NCBI GenBank assembly: GCA_964016885.1
Contig: OZ024758.1
Location: forward strand, 23,808,001 to 23,872,000
Direction of reading: 5' to 3'
Length of the DNA: 64,000 nucleotides
Origin: Eledone cirrhosa
Lineage: Eukaryota
In this document: positions 57,156-64,000 of the stretch, piece after piece
Numbering within the stretch: the first letter of the stretch is position 1
Layout: each line of letters begins with the position of its first letter
Notes under the pieces: model-generated
What the model was told of the DNA's origin: nothing
The model's database searches: none
The model's input: only the letters and a program-made list of their open reading frames with translations
Position numbers and translations under genes: made by a program

Positions 57156-58937
57156 AAATGACAGGTAAAGTCATTAGACGCGAAGGTAAATAGAGACAAG
57201 AAATTAAGAATCTACAATATTATATTGCTGCTATGTATGTTACGAGGTGGGAGGAAGTATGAAAGAGATCCTTAAGGAGAAGGGTGTATTATACGTTTGA
57301 AGTAGAAGAAAGGGCATCCAGTTGGGTGTTGATGAGAGGGGAAGGTAGTAACGGTATGAGGCAGAAGAAAGGGAATGTCATTCACTTACAGCATGTTACA
57401 GGGTAGGATAAATAATCCAAAGAAAGAAAGATAACGCTACTGAAAGAAAGAAAGAAAGAAAAAAGAAAGAAGAAAGAAAGAAAGAAGAAAGAAAAGAAGA
57501 AATAAAAAATAAAAAATAAAAAATAAAAAATAAAAAATAAAAAATAAAAAAATAAAAGAGAAAAAAAAAATAAAAATAAAAATAAAAATAAAAATAAAAA
57601 TAAAGGATAAAAGAAAAAAATAAAGAAAAAAAAATAAAAAGAAAGAAAGGAAGGCAGACAGGCACCCCCACACTCTCTGAGAACTACCGTTGCTGTTAAA
57701 GTTGTGGTGTTATCGGTAGGGATATTGGATATTGGAGGTAGCAGTGGTGGTTGCGATAAGAAGGGGTAAACGAAGGCTTTAGTTTTTTTTTTTTTGTTTT
57801 ACGAATTTAAAATTAAATTTCTTTTAGTTATCAATAATTTTACGCATGCGCTTTAGTGCAACTAACTGTCGTCTGTTAAAGGGAACATTTTACAAAGAAT
57901 TCAGTTTCCAGTTAAATTAGCTTATTCCATGACAATAAATAAAACAGTGTATGTTATAGTAAAATATCAGTTTTACCAAGGCATTGTAAGAGTGAACAAC
58001 TTTATTACCAAATCCATCAGAATCTGCCAAAAGTTTGTTTAACTATTTTCATTTCTAGAAGATTCCGTAGCAACTGATTTATTTTGTCTGGCAGTTCTTT
58101 GTAATAGAAAAATATAGACAGCTAATTTAATTTCTCTTGTGTCGTATTCGACAGAATACATATTAATCATTTTGGTTGAGAGAAGAAAACAAACGTTTGT
58201 TGAGCAGGTGCTGAAGGAATTATCAATGATGACAAATTTTACAATTCTCTTGTATTAGATACTTGCTATTGGCGGGTTCAAATGGTTTATGATGTAATAA
58301 ACCAAACAACAGACGCTTTACTCACTAAAACTTTGAATGTTGGAAATTACCTAACAAAGAAATACTGTTACTTTCATTAACGCATCTCTTCTTATTAAAA
58401 ATAATTTCTAATGAGGTATTTTATTGATTGTCTTCAGAAACAACACAAGTTTTGAATATATCTTGCAGCTCGCTTGATTAAAACGTTTATCGGTAGAAGA
58501 GATTATAACAATACATTTATGAAATACACAATTATATATTTGAAAACATACTGAAATGTATCTTCTTCAATAGACATTTCAATTGTTTAAGTACGGCTTA
58601 TTAAAATATTGAACATTTGCAAGCAAATAAAAACAATATCCGATACACGAATATAGAGTTAGATTGAATATTCAAGTGATTCTTGAAGTTATGGAAAAGA
58701 ATGAGAAAGGCAAGGGCTTTGGTGTCACAGAAGAATGGAAAGGGGCAAGGGAGGCGATGATGGGCATGTTGGTAGCTGGGCTGCGCCCCGCGGACAAGGA
58801 CGCTCTGTCACTCTAGATTTTTTTCCCAAGCGTATTGTTCGCTTTAAATAAGCATATTCCTCGACTCGACATTTGCATAAATTTAGTTGCAGTCTCGCGA
58901 GACTGCAACTTTGATAACTGAAAATATTATTGAAGTA

Positions 58938-61900
58938 TTCATCGTTGCTAAGCAATGGTGACCTCGGCGAGATTTGAACTCATCGCTGGCAAGCAATGGT
59001 GACCTCGGCGAGATTTGAACTCATCGCTGGCAAGCAATGGTGACCTCGGCGAGATTTGAACACATCGTTGCTAAGCAATGGTGACCTCGGCTAGATTTGA
59101 ACACATCGTTGCTAAGCAATGGTGACCTCGGCTAGATTTGAACACATCGTTGCTAAGTAATGGTGACCTCGACGAGATTTGAACTCATCGTTGCTAAGTA
59201 ATGGTGACCTCGGTGAGATTTGAACTCATCGTTGCTAAGTAATGGCGACCTCGACGAGATTTGAACTCATCGTTGCTAAGTAATGGTGACCTCGACGAGA
59301 TTTGAACTCATCGTTGCTAAGTAATGGTGACCTCGGTGAGATTTGAACTCATCGTTGCTAAGTAATGGTGACCTCGACGAGATTTGAACTCATCGTTGCT
59401 AAGTAATGGTGACCTCGACGAGATTTGAACTCATCGTTGCTAAGTAATGGTGACCTCGACGAGATTTGAACTCATCGTTGCTAAGTAATGGTGACCTCGG
59501 TGAGATTTGAACTCATCGTTGCTAAGTAATGGTGACCTCGACGAGATTTGAACTCATCGTTGCTAAGTAATGGTGACCTCGACGAGATTTGAACTCATCG
59601 TTGCTAAGTAATGGTGACCTCGACGAGATTTGAACTCATCGTTGCTAAGTAATGGTGACCTCGACGAGATTTGAACTCATCGTTGCTAAGTAATGGTGAC
59701 CTCGGTGAGATTTGAACTCATCGTTGCTAAGTAATGGTGACCTCGGCGAGATTTGAACTCATCGTTGCTAAGCAATGGTGACCTCGGCGAGATTTGAACT
59801 CATCGTTGCTAAGCAATGGTGACCTCGGCGAGATTTGAACTCATCGTTGCTAAGTAATGGTGACCTCGGTGAGATTTGAACTCATCGTTGCTAAGTAATG
59901 GTGACCTCGGTGAGATTTGAACTCATCGTTGCTAAGTAATGGTGACCTCGGCGAGATTTGAACTCATCGTTGCTAAGTAATGGTGACCTCGGTGAGATTT
60001 GAACTCATCGTTGCTAAGTAATGGTGACCTCGGCGAGATTTGAACTCATCGTTGCTAAGTAATGGTGACCTCGGCGAGATTTGAACTCATCGTTGCTAAG
60101 TAATGGTGACCTCGGTGAGATTTGAACTCATCGTTGCTAAGTAATGGTGACCTCGGTGAGATTTGAACTCATCGTTGCTAAGTAATGGTGACCTCGGCGA
60201 GATTTGAACTCATCGTTGCTAAGTAATGGTGACCTCGGTGAGATTTGAACTCATCGTTGCTAAGTAATGGTGACCTCGGTGAGATTTGAACTCATCGTTG
60301 CTAAGTAATGGTGACCTCGGTGAGATTTGAACTCATCGTTGCTAAGTAATGGTGACCTCGGTGAGATTTGAACTCATCGTTGCTAAGTAATGGTGACCTC
60401 GGTGAGATTTGAACTCATCGTTGCTAAGTAATGGTGACCTCGGCGAGATTTGAACTCATCGTTGCTAAGCAATGGTGACCTCGGCGAGATTTGAACTCAT
60501 CGTTGCTAAGCAATGGTGACCTCGGCGAGATTTGAACACATCGCTGGCAAGCAATGGTGACCTCGGCGAGATTTGAACACATCGCTGGCAAGCAATGGGA
60601 CCTCGGCGAGATTTGAACTCATCGCTGGCAAGCAATGGTGACCTCGGCGAGATTTGAACACATCGCTGGTAAGCAATGGTGACCTCGGCGAGATTTGAAC
60701 TCATCGCTGGTAAGCAATGGTGACCTCGGCGAGATTTGAACTCATCGCTGGCAAGCAATGGTGACCTCGGCGAGATTTGAACACATCGTTGCTAAGCAAT
60801 GGTGACCTCGGCGAGATTTGAACACATCGTTGCTAAGCAATGGTGACCTCGGCGAGATTTGAACACATCGTTGCTAAGTAATGGTGACCTCGACGAGATT
60901 TGAACTCATCGTTGCTAAGTAATGGTGACCTCGGTGAGATTTGAACTCATCGCTGGCAAGCAATGGTGACCTCGGCGAGATTTGAACACATCGCTGGTAA
61001 GCAATGGTGACCTCGGCGAGATTTGAACTCATCGTTGCTAAGTAATGGTGACCTCGGCGAGATTTGAACACATCGTTGGTAAGCAATGGTGACCTCGGCG
61101 AGATTTGAACTCATCGTTGCTAAGTAATGGTGACCTCGGCGAGATTTGAACACATCGTTGGTAAGCAATGGTGACCTCGGCGAGATTTGAACACATCGCT
61201 GGTAAGCAATGGTGACCTCGGCGAGATTTGAACTCATCGCTGGCAAGCAATGGTGACCTCGGCGAGATTTGAACACATCGTTGGTAAGCAATGGTGACCT
61301 CGGTGAGATTTGAACTCATCGTTGCTAAGTAATGGTGACCTCGGTGAGATTTGAACTCATCGTTGCTAAGTAATGGTGACCTCGGCGAGATTTGAACTCA
61401 TCGTTGCTAAGCAATGGTGACCTCGGCGAGATTTGAACTCATCGTTGCTAAGCAATGGTGACCTCGGCGAGATTTGAACACATCGCTGGCAAGCAATGGT
61501 GACCTCGGCGAGATTTGAACACATCGCTGGCAAGCAATGGGACCTCGGCGAGATTTGAACTCATCGCTGGCAAGCAATGGTGACCTCGGCGAGATTTGAA
61601 CACATCGCTGGTAAGCAATGGTGACCTCGGCGAGATTTGAACTCATCGCTGGTAAGCAATGGTGACCTCGGCGAGATTTGAACTCATCGCTGGCAAGCAA
61701 TGGTGACCTCGGCGAGATTTGAACACATCGTTGCTAAGCAATGGTGACCTCGGCGAGATTTGAACACATCGTTGCTAAGCAATGGTGACCTCGGCGAGAT
61801 TTGAACACATCGTTGCTAAGTAATGGTGACCTCGACGAGATTTGAACTCATCGTTGCTAAGTAATGGTGACCTCGGTGAGATTTGAACTCATCGCTGGCA

Positions 61901-63337
61901 AGCAATGGTGACCTCGGCGAGATTTGAACACATCGCTGGTAAGCAATGGTGACCTCGGCGAGATTTGAACTCATCGTTGCTAAGTAATGGTGACCTCGGC
62001 GAGATTTGAACACATCGTTGGTAAGCAATGGTGACCTCGGCGAGATTTGAACTCATCGTTGCTAAGTAATGGTGACCTCGGCGAGATTTGAACACATCGT
62101 TGGTAAGCAATGGTGACCTCGGCGAGATTTGAACACATCGCTGGTAAGCAATGGTGACCTCGGCGAGATTTGAACTCATCGCTGGCAAGCAATGGTGACC
62201 TCGGCGAGATTTGAACACATCGTTGGTAAGCAATGGTGACCTCGGCGAGATTTGAACACATCGTTGCTAAGCAATGGTGACCTCGGCGAGATTTGAACAC
62301 ATCGTCGGTAAGCAATGGTGACCTCGGCGAGATTTGAACACATCGTTGGTAAGCAATGGTGACCTCGGCGAGATTTGAACACATCGTTGGTAAGCAATGG
62401 TGACCTCGGTGAGATTTGAACTCATCGCTGGCAAGCAATGGTGACCTCGGCGAGATTTGAACACATCGTTGCTAAGCAATGGTGACCTCGGCGAGATTTG
62501 AACACATCGTTGCTAAGCAATGGTGACCTCGGCGAGATTTGAACTCATCGCTGGCAAGCAATGGTGACCTCGGCGAGATTTGAACTCATCGCTGGTAAGC
62601 AATGGTGACCTCGGCGAGATTTGAACTCATCGCTGGCAAGCAATGGTGACCTCGGTGAGATTTGAACTCATCGCTGGCAAGCAATGGTGACCTCGGCGAG
62701 ATTTGAACTCATCGTTGGTAAGCAATGGTGACCTCGGCGAGATTTGAACACATCGTTGGTAAGCAATGGTAACCTCGGCGAGATTTGAACACATCGTTGG
62801 TAAGCAATGGTGACCTCGGCGAGATTTGAACACATCGTTGGTAAGTAATGGTGACCTCGGCGAGATTTGAACTCATCGTTGGTAAGCAATGGTGACCTCG
62901 GCGAGATTTGAACTCATCGCTGGCAAGCAATGGTGACCTCGGCGAGATTTGAACTCATCGCTGGCAAGCAATGGTGACCTCGGCGAGATTTGAACACATC
63001 GCTGGCAAGCAATGGTGACCTCGGCGAGATTTGAACTCATCGCTGGCAAGCAATGGTGACCTCGGCGAGATTTGAACTCATCGCTGGCAAGCAATGGTGA
63101 CCTCGGCGAGATTTGAACTCATCGCTGGCAAGCAATGGTGACCTCGGCGAGATTTGAACACATCGCTGGTAAGCAATGGTGACCTCGGCGAGATTTGAAC
63201 TCATCGCTGGCAAGCAATGGTGACCTCGGCGAGATTTGAACTCATCGCTGGTAAGCAATGGTGACCTCGGCGAGATTTGAACTCATCGCTGGCAAGCAAT
63301 GGTGACCTCGGCGAGATTTGAACTCATCGCTGGCATG
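58938..63337. repeat. 41-bp satellite, ~107 units
   Basis: Unit G(C/T)AATGGTGACCTCGGCGAGATTTGAAC(T/A)CATCG(T/C)TG(C/G)(T/C)AA, with an internal 942-bp duplication. Confidence 0.97.
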
Positions 63338-63428
63338 CAAGAAAAATCCAGAAATCCCTCATCGGCCATCAAGCGTTTGTCGAGCCAACGGACGCGTCTC
63401 ACAAGTTGTTACATGTTGGATACATGTA

Positions 63429-63545
63429 CAGGGTGGCCCAAAAGTCGCGATACATAGGACATTTTTAAGTTTCCATATTTATTTTGAATAAATTGTTTCT
63501 TATAAAACAATTATTTTTTTTTTATGTATCGCGACTTTTGGGCCA
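63429..63545. mobile_element. Tc1/mariner-type MITE
   Basis: TA|CAGGGTGGCCCAAAAGTCGCGATACATA ... TATGTATCGCGACTTTTGGGCCA inverted repeats. The right tip is eroded. Confidence 0.7.
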
Positions 63546-64000
63546 ACCAAAAGGTGGTATCAAATATATTCGTAAAAAATAATTGAAAAAAAAAGCAAAC
63601 AAACAAAACAAAATAGTTTATATCTACTTCATTAAATCCCCCACAACACAGCCAACCATTATAGAACAGAAATAATGTTGTGTACCGCGGTTCAAGTATC
63701 TATTTGTACTAGGTTTATTGAGTGAACCAATCGCACTAGGCTATACAAGCTAGATTATTCTTCAGCATTTCATTACACAATTATTTGTATTATGCAATTA
63801 CGACTTGTTTGCGAATGTTTCTCGCTGTTTTATCCAACAATTCTCTAAAGAATCGACACTTCTAGTTCTCTAACAGCGCGATGACCTTTAAGGTATCAAT
63901 GTTCGTTAAAGAATTGATGAGCTTTTTACAGTTTCACCCCAAACATGCTATAGTTTCGAATTTGTATAACAAGTTACACAGAAAAAATAACAAACAAAAA

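Noticed and set aside
58938-63337. CRISPR-like array
   Set aside because: The units are contiguous with no unique spacers, there are no cas genes, and the context is eukaryotic.

Overview
This is AT-rich, repeat-saturated animal genomic DNA. The SINE and repeat make-up suggests a cephalopod (octopus-like), which is an inference. I cannot support any cellular protein-coding gene, and nearly all ORFs in the track are translations of (TA)n/(TACA)n/(CA)n microsatellites. The left ~25 kb is mostly TA microsatellite with a 200-N gap. The rest holds about 20 tRNA-headed SINE copies, truncated LINEs (CR1-group, RTE, R4/Dong-like), a Penelope-like GIY-YIG endonuclease fragment, hAT and Tc1/pogo MITEs, and 55-, 38- and 41-bp satellites. 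The main hidden signal is a set of hammerhead ribozymes (HHRs) that can be folded by hand. There are about 12 complete type I copies from at least 7 unrelated sequence families, plus two atypical ones. They sit in small non-coding elements inserted into (TA)n tracts, as 310-bp and 466-bp tandem monomers (retrozyme-like) and/or head-to-head inverted arms. One is a U3-A8 core variant. Another has a ~116-nt stem II and lies downstream of the Penelope endonuclease. All folds were derived by eye and have not been computed or tested.
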